Shown here in pieces: positions 63,852 through 64,000 of a DNA stretch of 64,000 nucleotides (position 1 is the first letter of the stretch; the number at the start of each line of letters is the position of its first letter). Position numbers and translations under genes: made by a program. This DNA is from Eledone cirrhosa (lineage: Eukaryota): positions 299,832,001 to 299,896,000 of the forward strand of contig OZ024740.1 of assembly GCA_964016885.1 (NCBI GenBank), in the 5' to 3' direction. The notes under the pieces are model-generated. The model had not been told where the DNA came from, did not search any database, and was given only the letters and a program-made list of their open reading frames with translations.

Positions 63852-64000
63852 CATTTTCCTATTACCCACTTTACTACCCTAAGTATTGAGCACTCTGGTG
63901 CGTTATGGTCCATCTGGTTCCTTATCACTCTTCCTTCGTTTTATATATATATATATATATAATATATAAGATCAAAAGATGGTTAAAGGAATTCCATGTA

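Overview
AT-rich, microsatellite-dense eukaryotic DNA. The SINE families look like those of octopus/cephalopods (inference from recalled consensus motifs). No intact host gene can be assembled, and most ORFs in the track are microsatellite artefacts. The window is mostly transposon debris: a decayed minus-strand Helitron (STPR repeats, Rep, PIF1 helicase) plus a non-autonomous relative, a near-full CR1-type ORF2, RTE fragments, an R4/Dong-type RLE fragment inside a (CATA)n tract, a FLYWCH Mutator-like remnant, many tRNA-SINEs with TSDs, and several Penelope-like elements (Naiad- and Neptune-type). The most notable signal is non-coding: several hammerhead ribozyme (HHR) motifs from at least four unrelated repeat families. 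The best is a 539-bp tandem array (62638-63743) with one full type I HHR per unit, which has a diverged, circularly permuted monomer at about 26168-26675. This is a retrozyme-like or tandem pseudo-LTR architecture predicted to release ~539-nt self-cleaved, possibly circular RNAs. Local fold-back (inverted) duplications next to (TA)n tracts are also unusually frequent. All alignments and folds were done by eye.
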